From an uncultured delta proteobacterium (GTDB taxonomy: Bacteria > Desulfobacterota > WTBG01): a stretch of 64,000 nucleotides of DNA. The DNA lies in the NCBI GenBank assembly GCA_963793865.1, contig CAWCBP010000001.1:448001-512000 (forward strand). The letters are read 5' to 3'. Under the pieces are notes generated by a model. The model did no database searches, had not been told where the DNA came from, and saw nothing but the letters and a program-made list of their open reading frames with translations. Within the stretch, counting starts at the first letter, position 1. Every line of letters starts with the position of its first letter. The position numbers were made by a program, and so were the translations under genes. Shown one piece after another: positions 30,747 through 42,195 of the stretch.

Positions 30747-31976
30747 TCACGACGCTTCAGCCGGTCGGGCAACTCTTCCCAGAAAGAGGATGCTTCCCGA
30801 AGGTTTGTGCCGGATCAGAAAGATAAAGGGGTGATCAGCCCGGAAGAGGGGCGGGGAGACGGGTGCGGCGGTAAGGCGCATGGCCACCCCCGTTGCCGCG
30901 GCCGCCTCGGTTCCCTCCTCGTTGACATCCACGAAGGCCTTGTGCACCACGGCGCTGATAAAGAGATCCTTGCCGCCGGTCATGCCGGAAAAGTCAGCCG
31001 CCCCGCTGAATGCCTCCGGCATTCCCATGGCACCCAGCGTCTGGGCAAGCTCAAACCGGGAGGTCATGGTAAATTTCGGCAGGCACACCCGGACCTCGCG
31101 TTTCCTGATGTCGTTGAGCACGGCCGTGAGTGCATCATCCGTCAGGCCGTTTTCAAGTTCCCTCAGGCCGTCAATCTTCCGGGGCAGGAGAACGATCATG
31201 GAGAGACTGTCGCCGGCGTAAGGCAGCTCGAGGGCCTGAAGCATTTCATCCTCCATGTATCCAAAATCGTCCTGCCCGTTCATCATGGGCACCATGGTCT
31301 CCGTGCCCGGTGCTGTCCGGAACGGTTCGTCCTTCGTCCGATCCTTTATGAATCGGCTTGACCAGTTGCCTTTAAAGTATATGGCGTTGGTGAGGACCAA
31401 GCGCGTTAAGGAATCCAGCACGCCGGGCTTGATCAATTCCTGTATTTTGTTTTTGGTTTTATCCTCCACCCAGGCGTTGATCTGAAGGCGGGCCTTTTCA
31501 GCATCATTTTTAAAGCCGACCCGGTTCAATGACGCCTCGTAATACCGGCCGGTCAGGTCGGTAAAATTTTTCAGCAATGAAAAACCGCTCTCTACCCACA
31601 GCGCATTGGCGATGCTCAGTTCGATCTGCCCTTTTTCCTGCTCCTGCTTCAGCTGCGACTGAAGTGAGGAAAAGGAGGGGTGCAGCATCTGCCCGTCCGG
31701 CATGAAGTGCAGTGTATCGGCCATCTGTTTTTCAGTCGTGCCCCGGGCGCCGGCGCAGGTCATGGCCAGCGCGGCGGAGATGCTGTAGGGGGAGAAAAAA
31801 AGATTTCCCTCCGCTGTCCGCAGCCGGTTGTAGAGGTCAAGCGCAAACCGCGTGTTTCCCGCGACAACGGCTGCGGTATCGGCCGGGCTCACTGTCTCAA
31901 CGGGTTTGCCGGGGAATGATGCCGCCGCGGCAGCAAAGAGTGCGAATGGCAGCAACAAAAGGTAATGCAGTTTCAT
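30747..31976 (-). CDS. Secreted serpin
   Basis: NLFFSPYSIS, LTNAIYFKGNW, EEGTEAAAAT hinge, FRADHPF; signal peptide from MKLHYLL. Confidence 0.95.
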   Translation of the reverse strand: MKLHYLLLLPFALFAAAAASFPGKPVETVSPADTAAVVAGNTRFALDLYNRLRTAEGNLFFSPYSISAALAMTCAGARGTTEKQMADTLHFMPDGQMLHPSFSSLQSQLKQEQEKGQIELSIANALWVESGFSLLKNFTDLTGRYYEASLNRVGFKNDAEKARLQINAWVEDKTKNKIQELIKPGVLDSLTRLVLTNAIYFKGNWSSRFIKDRTKDEPFRTAPGTETMVPMMNGQDDFGYMEDEMLQALELPYAGDSLSMIVLLPRKIDGLRELENGLTDDALTAVLNDIRKREVRVCLPKFTMTSRFELAQTLGAMGMPEAFSGAADFSGMTGGKDLFISAVVHKAFVDVNEEGTEAAAATGVAMRLTAAPVSPPLFRADHPFIFLIRHKPSGSILFLGRVARPAEAS

Positions 31977-32007
31977 GGGCTTTCTCCTCAGGCAGGCTTG
32001 TAGGCGC

Positions 32008-32189
32008 AAATCCGGAATTCGAAGCGAAATTCGAAAAAATGACAAAGTTCAAATAACAAAATCCAAATGAAAAGTGACAAAGCTCAAATGACAAAAAGTT
32101 CAAAACAAACCCGTTCGCTTGGCTGGTTTGATTATTGGTCATTTGTTTTTTTTCATTGTTTTGAACTTTGCATTTTGCACTTTGACATT
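32008..32189. repeat. A-rich heptamer array with T-rich inverted arm
   Basis: aaatgacaaa/aaataacaaa/aaatccaaa units, then tttgaac tttgcat tttgcac tttgaca. Confidence 0.75.
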
Positions 32190-32201
32190 CACGAGCAGCC
32201 A

Positions 32202-33140
32202 TCACTGCTGGCTGCCGTGCGGGTACCACCTGCGGATGACAAACTGCTTCTGTTCGGGTAACTCCTTGACATTGTAGCTGTTGACCGGTATCCGGTCCTT
32301 CAAAATTTCAGTCAGCACCTCCCCGACAGTCCTGATTCTAACGCCGCCCTGGTTGCCGGCGCGGGTCTTGTCATAATCAAGCCGGCTTTCGATGACCCGG
32401 TCCCGGTCGAGAACAATGATCACATGTCCCGGCCAGACAATGATATCCAACGGTTCGACCGCTTGAATGATCTGAGCGAGGGGTGCATCTGCGATGGGCA
32501 CCGCCTCTCCGAAGTTTACAAGCTCGCACGTGTTCCGCGGTGTCCAGCCGCCGGTTGCCTGGTAGAGAAGGCCGGAGCAGTCCAATCCCTGAAGCATCCG
32601 CCGGTTGCGTTCCTCCTGAGTGAGGGCGGCGGGTGGAGGGTAGAACGAAAGCATCTGCGGTATCCCCTCCCTCACGTTGCCGCCCCAGAGATAGGGGCTG
32701 CCCTCCGAAGAGATCAGAAAAGCGATGATGGCATTTTTGTCCGGGAGGCGCTTCTCGCGCCCGGGAGGTTTTTCAACGCTGGCGCGTACGAACCTGCTGT
32801 CTATGTAGTATCCGCCCGCCGAGGGATAGGGGTAATCGGCCGTCGTTACCCGGTATACGGTTTCCTCATCCCTGCGGATCACCGCCTCGATGGTAAACAC
32901 GGTGCCCGGAAGGGCGATAAACTCCAGTTCGCGCAAAAGGCCTGTATCATGCCGGTCACCCGGTTGGGCGGTCTGCCTGCCGAGGATGGAGGATGCTTCC
33001 GCGGTGTTAAGCACCGGTGTAGGCAATATGGATAGTGCGTAGCCGGGGGACGGCCGTGTCATCTGCTGTCCCGGGATGTCAGCGGTTGCGCAACCGCCAA
33101 GAAGAAGGAGAAGGAAAACCGCTTTCAGCTGTGCCGGCAT
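32202..33140 (-). CDS. NlpC/P60-family lipoprotein (cell-wall peptidase-like)
   Basis: LGGC lipobox, PYLWGG, GLDCSG, PGHV. Confidence 0.85.
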   Translation of the reverse strand: MPAQLKAVFLLLLLGGCATADIPGQQMTRPSPGYALSILPTPVLNTAEASSILGRQTAQPGDRHDTGLLRELEFIALPGTVFTIEAVIRRDEETVYRVTTADYPYPSAGGYYIDSRFVRASVEKPPGREKRLPDKNAIIAFLISSEGSPYLWGGNVREGIPQMLSFYPPPAALTQEERNRRMLQGLDCSGLLYQATGGWTPRNTCELVNFGEAVPIADAPLAQIIQAVEPLDIIVWPGHVIIVLDRDRVIESRLDYDKTRAGNQGGVRIRTVGEVLTEILKDRIPVNSYNVKELPEQKQFVIRRWYPHGSQQ

Positions 33141-33163
33141 CGTCGCGCCCCGGCACGAACAGG

Positions 33164-33496
33164 CTATATGCCGATATTTGAGAGCATCACGCATATGCGG
33201 TTAACCGTGCCTACCAGGGTTGGGTGGGACGTCTCAAATCCCTTTACCGACGAGGCCAGGCCTTCCAGGGATACCTTTACCAGCTGGGGGTTCTTGTCCT
33301 GCCGAAGGGTCTCATGGGTGGAGACGGTGGTGAATCCCAGAATGCTTTCCGCCTCTTCACGACATGTTTTGGCCAGCTCTTCGATCTCGGTTTTCAGGGT
33401 TCCAAGCAGCGTGAGCAGCTCTGCCCGGTTGTCCTGCTTCATCGAATCGAGCTGTTTGACCTTTTCTTCTATGGCGGAAATAGTTTTTTTAATCAT
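33164..33496 (-). CDS. DUF4404-like helical protein
   Basis: FETSHPTLVGTVNRICVMLSNIGI C-terminus. Confidence 0.8.
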   Translation of the reverse strand: MIKKTISAIEEKVKQLDSMKQDNRAELLTLLGTLKTEIEELAKTCREEAESILGFTTVSTHETLRQDKNPQLVKVSLEGLASSVKGFETSHPTLVGTVNRICVMLSNIGI

Positions 33497-33564
33497 TTTT
33501 CAACTCCCGTCGCGCTTGTCTTAAAAACGGATTTCCGGTATCAGCTGCATTCCCCTTTATGGTT

Positions 33565-33777
33565 TCAGCCGACACCCCTGAGCCGTGAGATTTTTCCCTC
33601 TATCATCAGAATGTGTTTATGTTCTTCATCGCGCAGCTGCTCCAGCAGTTCCTGGACCACCGTTACCGTCGAGCTGTTGATGAGCTGATTGTAAAAAGCG
33701 TAGGCTTCCCTTTCTTTTCTCAGGGCAGCGGTGAGGATGTCGATCGGTGTGCCCTGAGGGCGCTGTTTGGGTCGCAT
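33565..33777 (-). CDS. Small ferritin/rubrerythrin-like protein (one helix pair)
   Basis: ALRKEREAYAFY..LRDEEHKH. Confidence 0.75.
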   Translation of the reverse strand: MRPKQRPQGTPIDILTAALRKEREAYAFYNQLINSSTVTVVQELLEQLRDEEHKHILMIEGKISRLRGVG

Positions 33778-33821
33778 AGTGACCGCTCCGAACTGGTAAA
33801 GGTTTATGACGCGGGAACAGT

Positions 33822-35472
33822 TTATCCCGCGCTGCGGGATGCGGCGGCGATAAGCGCCTGCGCCTCCTCCTGGATGAGCCGCAGATGGTCTTCACCCTTG
33901 AAGCTTTCCGCGTACATCTTGTACACATCTTCAGTGCCGGACGGCCGTGCCGCGAACCAGCCGTTTTCGGTGATTACCTTAAGCCCGCCGATGGAAGCGC
34001 CGTTGCCGGGGGCTTCGGTCAGGACGGCAGTGATCTTTTCCCCGGCCATTTCAGAAGCGGTGATGTGCCGGGGTGAAAGATGCTGCAGTGCCGCCTTAAG
34101 CTCGGGGGTTGCCGGCGCGTCGATCCGTTCATACACCGGGTTGCCGAAACGCCCGGTAAGCTCTGCATACAGTTCGCCGGGGTCGCGGCCGGTTACGGCG
34201 GTGATTTCCGCGGCCAGCAAATCCATGATGAAGCCGTCCTTATCGGTGGTCCAGACGGTGCCGTCCCTGCGGACAAAGGCCGCGCCGGAACTTTCTTCCC
34301 CGCCGAACGCGCATGATCCGTCAAGCAGGCCGCCGACAAACCACTTGAACCCCACGGGGACCTCACTCAATTTTCTCCGCAGCGCGCGGGCAACCCTGTC
34401 GATCATGGAGCTGCTCACCAGGGTTTTCCCGATTGCGGCATCCTCCCGCCATCCCGGCCGGTTCCGGAAGAGATACCAGATCGCCGCCGAGAGGTAATGG
34501 TTGGGGTTCAGAAGCCCCCCGCTCCGGGTGACGATGCCGTGCCGGTCATAATCGGGATCGTTGCCGAAGGCGATGTCATACTTGTCCCTGAGCCTGATGA
34601 GGCCGGCCATGGCAAAGGGGGACGAGCAATCCATCCTGATTTTTCCGTCCCTGTCCACGGTCATGAAGCTGAAGGCAGGATCGGCAAACCCGTTAAACAC
34701 ATCGATGTTTAATTGGTAACGCTCGGCGATGGGCTCCCAGAATGCGATGCCGGACCCTCCCAGGGCGTCCGCACCTATCTTCAGACCCGGCGGACTGCAC
34801 GGCATCGAGGTCGATACAATGCCTGAGATCATCCACATAAGGGGTAATGTAGTCATATGCGCGGGTTGTGTCCGCGCGCACCGCCTTCGCGCAGGGGATC
34901 CTGCGCACATGCTTATTGTTGCCGGCCAGCAGTTCATTGGCTTCTTTTTCAATCCAGCCGGTGGTGGCGGTATCGGCAGGGCCTCCGTGCGGAGGATTGT
35001 ATTTGAAACCTCCGTCATCCGGTCCATTGTGAGAAGGGGTGATGACAATGCCGTCAGCCGGGTGCGGTTTATTGCCCCGGTTGTAGCCGAGAATGGCGTG
35101 CGAAATAACCGGGGTAGGGGTGTAGCCCGAATCCATGTGCACCATCACCTCGATGCCGTGGGCGGCAAGCACTTCCAGGGCGGTGGAATGGGCCGGCTCG
35201 GAGAGCGCATGCGTGTCCTTGCCCAGGAAAAGAGGGCCGGTGATGCGGTGAGCGACGCGGTAACGGCAGATGGCCTCGGTGATGGCAAGGATGTGATCTT
35301 CGTTGAAGCTGCCTTTAAGCGAGGAGCCGCGGTGTCCGGAGGTGCCGAAGGCCACCAGCTGGCTTTTGACCTGCGGGTCCGGATGGCGGGTGTAGTATGC
35401 GCTCACCAATAGGGGGATATTGGTCAGCAGTGACCGGGGAACCTGTTTGCCTGCGAGGGGGTGAGGCTGCAT
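33822..35472 (-). CDS. pgm: Phosphoglucomutase, frameshift near 34787 (probable sequencing error)
   Basis: FGTSGHRG and ITPSHN in one frame; [19 protein letters not shown] in the other. Confidence 0.93.
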
Positions 35473-35513
35473 GGGCGTCGCCTATGATGTAATGCTGCTG
35501 TAGCCGAAAGCAA

Positions 35514-37151
35514 TTATTTCCGTTTCTGCACCTCTTTTTTGATGCGCTGGACATGCCCGCGCCCCAGCGCCTTTACTTCGCATCCCAGCTCGAAGTAGCG
35601 CCGGATGGCCTGGTCGGGCAGGATGCCGAAGCAGTCGATCACCGCCGGCGGGCGCCCCGCCCAGCGCACCACGTCATCGGGATTGAGCGTGAGATAGGCG
35701 GTGTGGGGAACGGCAAAGATCACCGCCTCCACGCCCTGGAGCGCTTCCGGGAGGTCCTTGAGGACCCGGATGTGCGCCAGGGCTTCCTGGCTTCTGAAAA
35801 AGCGCTTCCAGGAATGTGTCGCTGAGGGATAGCTGTCCTGGCTTTCAAGCTCATACCAGTGGTCCACGTAGGGATCGTGCACCCGCATGTCGGCGCCCAT
35901 TTCGGTCAGCTTGCGGACCACCAGCTCGCTTCCGCTGTAACGGGTGTCACCCACGTCCTGCCGGTAGCTGGCGCCGCAGATGAGCACTTCCGCCCCGGCG
36001 ATATACCGGTCCATGTTGCGCAGCGCGTCGCGGGTAAGCTCGGCCGCGTGCAGCGCCCGGGTGTCGTTGATGTCGATCACCGCCGGGGTGATCCTGAAGA
36101 CGCTCTCCCCGTCTTCGAATCCCAGAATGTGGCGGTAGGCCCAGTAGCCGAGGCCGCCGTCCTTGGGCAGGCAATAGCCGCCGATGCCGGGCCCGGGAAA
36201 GATGATATTGCTGTGCGTGGGGCGCATTTTTATGGCGCTGATGACCTTGATCAGGTCCACCCCGTTGCGCTCGGCAAAAAGGCTCCATTCGTTGAGAAAG
36301 GCAAGGATGGTGGCGCGGTAGGTGTTTTCCACGATCTTGGTGGTTTCCGATTCAATCGGCCGGTCCATGATGGTCAGCGGGTAGTCCCTGGTGTTGAGCA
36401 CCTCGCGGAGAAACTTCTCCACCCGCTCCCGCGCTTCGGGGGTGCATCCGGCGCAGACGCGCCAGAAATCGCGTATGCTCGACACGTACTCCCGGCCCGG
36501 CATCACCCGCTCGAAGCTGTGGGCGAGCAGCGGCTCCGACTCTATGCCCCGCTGGGCGAACGACTTCTTGAGAATGGGCCAGGCGACAAATTCGGTTGTC
36601 CCCGGCGCGACCGTTGTCTCAATCAGCACCAGGCAGGGCGGCGGAATGCTCCTGCCGATGGTGCGCATGGTTTCCTCGAGGGCCGCCATTTCAGCCTCGC
36701 CGGTTCGCATGTCACCCAGGTCATGCTTGGTGTAGTCGCACTGCACGTCCACCACCACGCAGTCGGCAAGGGAGAGACACTGGCTGTTGTAGGTGGCAAC
36801 CAGGGTTTTTTTATCCACCACGCAGCGCTTGATAATGGCCGGCACCTCCGGGTCCTCGGCGGTGACCGGGGCCTCGCCCCGGTTGAGCAGGGGGATTTTC
36901 CAGTAGCTGCGGGTGCTCGGCCTCTGGCACCCGATGACGAATTTGCTGCTGCGGCCCTTTTCATCCGTGGTGTCGGCAATAATGGCCGCCATCACCGCGC
37001 CGACAAAACCCACGCCCATTACCACCACGATTTCCCTTCCTTCAGCCCGCGCCCGCTCCGCCAGTTTTTGGATGCGTTCGAACTCGGCAGGGTAATCCTG
37101 CGGTCCGGGAATGGTAAACCGCTCACCTGCGGGACTCACTGAACAGGGCAT
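35514..37151 (-). CDS. Nucleotide-sugar dehydrogenase (UDP-glucose/GDP-mannose family)
   Basis: GVGFVG, ETTVAPGTT, ERVMPG, KIVEN, GIGGYCLPKD, GDTRYS. Confidence 0.92.
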   Translation of the reverse strand: MPCSVSPAGERFTIPGPQDYPAEFERIQKLAERARAEGREIVVVMGVGFVGAVMAAIIADTTDEKGRSSKFVIGCQRPSTRSYWKIPLLNRGEAPVTAEDPEVPAIIKRCVVDKKTLVATYNSQCLSLADCVVVDVQCDYTKHDLGDMRTGEAEMAALEETMRTIGRSIPPPCLVLIETTVAPGTTEFVAWPILKKSFAQRGIESEPLLAHSFERVMPGREYVSSIRDFWRVCAGCTPEARERVEKFLREVLNTRDYPLTIMDRPIESETTKIVENTYRATILAFLNEWSLFAERNGVDLIKVISAIKMRPTHSNIIFPGPGIGGYCLPKDGGLGYWAYRHILGFEDGESVFRITPAVIDINDTRALHAAELTRDALRNMDRYIAGAEVLICGASYRQDVGDTRYSGSELVVRKLTEMGADMRVHDPYVDHWYELESQDSYPSATHSWKRFFRSQEALAHIRVLKDLPEALQGVEAVIFAVPHTAYLTLNPDDVVRWAGRPPAVIDCFGILPDQAIRRYFELGCEVKALGRGHVQRIKKEVQKRK

Positions 37152-37239
37152 GTCGGATTCCTGCTGTGCTGGGATGATCTTTCTGCTTGCCATGAGGCCG
37201 GTACTCCTTTCGCTGCGTGGCATGAATAAGATGCGGTGA

Positions 37240-37464
37240 CTAAAGCGTCCCTTTGCCCTTGTTCGTTCCCGCGCGGTAACTGTAGAATGCCGCAAGAATG
37301 AAGCCGAAGCCGATTCCCAGAAGCAGGGTTAACCCGATGAGAATGATCTGTGGCATGCGCAGTTCCCACAACAAAAGTTTCACCGCCACATCCTGGGTGT
37401 TCTGGATCAGGATGATCAGCAAGAGGGTGACCGCCGCCGTGGCAATGATCATTTTTGGTTTCAT
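37240..37464 (-). CDS. LapA-like small membrane protein
   Basis: IILIQNTQDVAVKLLLW; two TM segments. Confidence 0.78.
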   Translation of the reverse strand: MKPKMIIATAAVTLLLIILIQNTQDVAVKLLLWELRMPQIILIGLTLLLGIGFGFILAAFYSYRAGTNKGKGTL

Positions 37465-37706
37465 AATAAGCACCCCCTGCCGTTCCGGTTTCCAATTTCT
37501 GGTTCAATGATATAAAATTATATACCACAACGGACATTAAATAAAAATCAAAAAAGAGCGGGCAGCCCCTCTTCCCTGTGCATGAACGCCTGCCCGCAGG
37601 GTTTGTGTTTTGCAAACGGCATTTTTATGTTAGGATAGGCTCCATGTGCGGAAGCGGGGAAAAATGAGCGGGTCGTGTGCGTATCTCTCACCCTGAAGCG
37701 AGTGCC

Positions 37707-39095
37707 ATGTTTGCACCGGGAAAGATAAAAAAAACCATACAAAAATACCGGATGCTTGAGCCGGGAGACAGGGTCGTGGTCGGTGTGTCGGGCGGGCCGG
37801 ACTCAATTATGCTCTGCCATGTGTTGCACCGGCTCCGCGGCGGCTATAAGCTGGACCTGACGGTTGCCCATCTCAATCACGGGGTGCGCGGAGCCGAGGC
37901 CGCGCGGGACGCCCGCTTCGTGGAGCGATTTGCCCGCGGGCTCGGACTTCCCTGCGTGGTGCAGGAAGCAGATGTCCCTGCCTACTGCAGGGAGAACGCG
38001 CGCTCCTTCCAGGAGGGGGCACGAGAAGTCCGGTACCGGTTCCTGGAAGAGGTGCGGAACAGGTGCCGGGCAAATAAAATTGCCCTGGGCCACAATGCTG
38101 ACGACCAGGCGGAAACGCTCATGCTCTGGCTGCTGCGAGGGTCGGGTCTCAAGGGACTGGGCGGCATGCCGCCGGTACGGGACGGCGTCATCATACGGCC
38201 CCTGATCGAAACCACCCGGGAGGAGATTGAAGCCTATCTCAGGAACCGGGAAATTGACTTTGTGACGGACAGCTCCAACCTGAAAGGTGAGTATGTAAGA
38301 AACCGTTTGCGCCGGGAGATTTTCCCCCTTTTAAAAAAGGATTTCAACCCGCAGCTGGTAAAAGCCCTGGTTACCACCGCATCGATAATAAGCATGGAAA
38401 ACGAATACCTGGATAAAATAGCTCATAAAAAACTTAAAACAGTTCTGGCATCGCAAAACGAAAACGGCGCGGTCGTAGACTGTGACCGCTTTGCCGCCTT
38501 GCCCCCGGTCATTCAGCTCCGCTGCTTGAGAGCAATCCTGGCGGGCCTCAAGGGAAACCTGATGCGCATAAGCGCCACGCACCTGTATGATCTCATGGGG
38601 ATAATGGCGGGCGTTGAATCGCACAAAAAACTGAAGCTGCCGGACGGGATTCGGGCTGAAAAGTCGTACCGCTTCCTGACGCTTACCACCGGGCTTGCTG
38701 CCGTTACCTCCCCCTTCAGCTATCAGTTTGAGGCAATGCCGGAACAGGTGGTGATCCCGGAGATAGGGAAGCGGATGACCTTTACTTTGCTGCGGAGACG
38801 GGGAATGGCACCGGAAAGGAACCCCGCAGTCGCCTGCCTTGACGCTGACGGGGTGCGCATGCCGCTTACCGTTCGCAGCGCGAAACCCGGGGATTTCTTT
38901 CAGCCGCTGGGCATGGGGGGGAAGAAGAAAATACAGGACCTCTTTACCGATGAAAAGGTGCCCGGGGCGGAGCGAAGGCGCATTCCCCTGGTCCTGTTCG
39001 GTGATGAAGTGGCCTGGGTGGGAGGCATGAGGATCAATCACCGCCTGAGGGTAACCGCTAAAACAAGGAGGGTGCTGAAAATTGAAATGGAATAG
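37707..39095 (+). CDS. tilS: tRNA(Ile)-lysidine synthetase
   Basis: VSGGPDS, HLNHG, HNADDQAET, IRPL, DSSN..RNRLR; C-terminal TilS domains. Confidence 0.96.
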   Translation: MFAPGKIKKTIQKYRMLEPGDRVVVGVSGGPDSIMLCHVLHRLRGGYKLDLTVAHLNHGVRGAEAARDARFVERFARGLGLPCVVQEADVPAYCRENARSFQEGAREVRYRFLEEVRNRCRANKIALGHNADDQAETLMLWLLRGSGLKGLGGMPPVRDGVIIRPLIETTREEIEAYLRNREIDFVTDSSNLKGEYVRNRLRREIFPLLKKDFNPQLVKALVTTASIISMENEYLDKIAHKKLKTVLASQNENGAVVDCDRFAALPPVIQLRCLRAILAGLKGNLMRISATHLYDLMGIMAGVESHKKLKLPDGIRAEKSYRFLTLTTGLAAVTSPFSYQFEAMPEQVVIPEIGKRMTFTLLRRRGMAPERNPAVACLDADGVRMPLTVRSAKPGDFFQPLGMGGKKKIQDLFTDEKVPGAERRRIPLVLFGDEVAWVGGMRINHRLRVTAKTRRVLKIEME

Positions 39096-39259
39096 TTGCG
39101 GGTTTTCGGATAAAACATTTGATGATCGGGAATGTTTGTGTTAAAATTGCACGAAATATGGCTGAAATATTGAGGGGGGCAGGTATGGGTACATGCCCGT
39201 ATTCCGGTTGTCGGGCATGAACAGGCACAGCAGTTTCTTCCTATCCCGTGAGGTGCGCA

Positions 39260-41090
39260 TTGAACCGTTTCAATAAAAATATTGCCCTGTGGCTCGGCGT
39301 GGTGCTGGTTTTTGTTCTGCTGATCAATCTGTTCAGCCAGCCGAGAGTAAAGCGGGATGATATTAACTTTTCCGAATTTCTGGATCTGGTGGCGAAAGGC
39401 GAGGTGAGTGAGGTTCTCATCCAGGGCAGCGACGTTGAGGGCACGCTCCTGAACAGCCGGCGCTTTAAGACCTACAACCCCGGCTATGCCAGGCTGGTTG
39501 AGGACCTGCGGGAAAAGGGGGTCATGATCACCGGTGAAGCGGAAAAGCAGTCCCCCTGGACCACCATCCTCATCAGCTGGTTTCCCATGATCATTATCAT
39601 CGCCATCTGGATCTTTCTCATGCGGCAGATGCAGACGGGCGGCGGCAAGGCGATGTCTTTCGGCAAAAGCAGGGCCAAGCTGCTGACCGAACAGCAGCAG
39701 AAGGTGACCTTCGAGGATGTCGCCGGCATCGACGAGGCCAAGGAAGAGCTGGAGGAGATTATCGAGTTCCTCAAGGAACCCAAAAAGTTCACCCTGCTGG
39801 GGGGCCGGATTCCGAAGGGGGTGATTCTCATGGGCGCGCCGGGGACGGGCAAGACCCTCCTCGCGCGGGCCATTGCCGGGGAGGCGGGAGTGCCCTTCTT
39901 CAGCATCAGCGGATCCGACTTCGTGGAGATGTTTGTGGGCGTGGGTGCGTCGCGGGTGAGGGATCTTTTCATGCAGGGCAAAAAAAACGCCCCCTGCATC
40001 ATATTTATTGACGAGATCGACGCCGTGGGAAGGCACCGCGGCGCCGGCCTCGGCGGCGGGCATGATGAGCGCGAGCAGACGCTGAATCAGCTCCTGGTGG
40101 AGATGGACGGGTTTGAATCCAATGAAGGGGTCATCCTGATTGCCGCCACCAACCGGCCGGATGTGCTTGATCCCGCCCTGCTGCGCCCGGGCAGGTTTGA
40201 CCGCCGGGTGGTGGTTCCCATTCCCGACATCAAGGGCCGCAGAGGGAATTTTAAAGGTGCATTCCAAGAACAAGCCGCTGGCGGACGATGTGGATCTGGA
40301 GACCATCGCCAAAAGCACGCCGGGCTTCTGCGGCGCCGACTTGTCCAACCTGGTGAATGAAGCCGCCTTAATGGCGGCCCGCAAAGAGAAGAAGAAGATT
40401 GACCGCTCGGACTTTGAGGTTGCCAAGGACAAGGTGGTGATGGGTGTTGAGCGCAAGAGCATGATCATCAGCGCCCAGGACAAGGAAAATACGGCATACC
40501 ATGAAATAGGGCACGTGCTGGTGGCCAAGCTCATACCCGAAACCGATCCCATACACAAGGTGACCATCATTCCCCGCGGCTGGTCGCTTGGCCAGACGCA
40601 CTATCTGCCCGATGAGAAGTACACCAAGCAGAGAAAATTCCTGCTGGCGGAGATCGCGGTGCTGCTGGGGGGCAGGGCGGCGGAGGAGATTGTCAATAAG
40701 GACGTGAGCACCGGCGCGGGCAATGACCTGGAGCGCGCAACCGACCTGGCGCGCAAGATGGTCTGCGACTGGGGCATGAGCGACAAGCTGGGGCCGCTTA
40801 CCTTCGGCAAAAAGGAGGAGCAGATCTTTCTGGGCCGGGAGATTGCCCAGCACCGCGACTACAGCGAGGATACGGCGGAGCGGATCGATGAAGAGGTGAG
40901 AAGAATTATTATGGAGAATTATGAGCGGGCCAAGCAGCTGCTGGTTGAGAACACGGGCCTGCTCCACCGTCTGGCCAGGGAGCTGCTGGAGAAGGAAGTG
41001 CTGGATAACAGCGAGATCGAAAAAATAATGAAGGACTATAATCCCCTCGATAACCACACGTTTACAACGGTGCGGGAAATGGGCGGATAG
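39260..41090 (+). CDS. ftsH: ATP-dependent zinc metalloprotease FtsH, frameshift near 40241 (probable sequencing error)
   Basis: TTG start after [32 protein letters not shown] in the second frame; removing one base restores PDIKGREGILKVH. Confidence 0.95.
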
Positions 41091-41247
41091 CATCTCTTCA
41101 CCGGCTCGCGCGGGCATGATCCGCGGCCCCGAGCGTCCTTCCAGACAGGTGCCTGTCATATTCCCCCGGAAACGGGGATGCAGTGGCGTATCCTCCCGGT
41201 GACGGTCCCAGTGATCGCCGGTTTCCACATTTCATGAGAAGCATGCA

Positions 41248-42139
41248 GTGGGTTCCTTAAACCCTTCCACTCATGGCAATTCCGCGGCGGAATGCCGGCT
41301 GCGGCTGGAGTGCGGGAGCTACCGCCTCGACTTCAGCAGGCGAACCCATATCATGGGCATCCTCAATGTGACGCCCGATTCGTTTTCCGACGGCGGCAGA
41401 TTTTTTGACCAGGGGCGTGCCGTGGATCACGCCCTGCGCATGGCGGACGAGGGTGCCGACGTCATCGACATCGGCGGGGAGTCCACCCGGCCGGGCGCCC
41501 GGCCTGTTTCCCTTGAGGAGGAGCGGCGAAGGGTGCTGCCGGTGATTGAGCGGCTTGCCGCCCGGATCCGGATACCCCTTTCGGTCGACACGGCCAAGGC
41601 GGCACTTGCGGCTGATGCCGTCAACGCAGGCGCCGTCATCATCAACGATGTCAGCGCGCTTCGCTCGGATCCGGAAATGGCGCCGCTGGCCGCCCAATGC
41701 GGTGCTGCGGTGGTGCTGATGCACATGCGGGGGACGCCGCAGGACCATGCAGCGGCAGGTCCTGTACCATGATGTGATCGCTGAGATCCATGCCTTCTTC
41801 CGGGAGCGCATCAGCGCCGCCCTGGCAGCAGGGATCGGTGAGCGGAGGATCATGATCGACCCCGGCATCGGTTTCGGCAAATCGGTGCCCGAGGGGAATC
41901 TCTCCCTGCTGAAGCACCTCGGCTGCTTTACAGCGCTCGAAAAGCCCCTTCTGGTCGGCCCCTCGCGGAAGGCCTTCATCGGTGAGGTGCTCGGCCTTGG
42001 CCCGGGCGAGAGGGAGGAGGGGACCGCCGCTGCGGTTGCCATCGCCATCGCCAACGGCGCCGCCATGGTGAGGGTGCATGATGTCAAGGTGATGAAGCGG
42101 GTGGCCGCCATGGCCGACGCCATCATGGCCGCCGGCTGA
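41248..42139 (+). CDS. folP: Dihydropteroate synthase, frameshift near 41742 (probable sequencing error)
   Basis: ILNVTPDSFSDGG, GGESTRPG; DPGIGFGK, SRK, RVHDV in the second frame; start uncertain. Confidence 0.93.
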
Positions 42140-42195
42140 ATCAATCCCCCTGCGCGGCGCATGCGGGCGCGCATCTGTTTCCCGGGAGACGGGCT

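Noticed and set aside
37557..37598. GCGGGCAG..CTGCCCGC hairpin as a riboswitch upstream of tilS
   Set aside because: Single stem with no recognisable aptamer core
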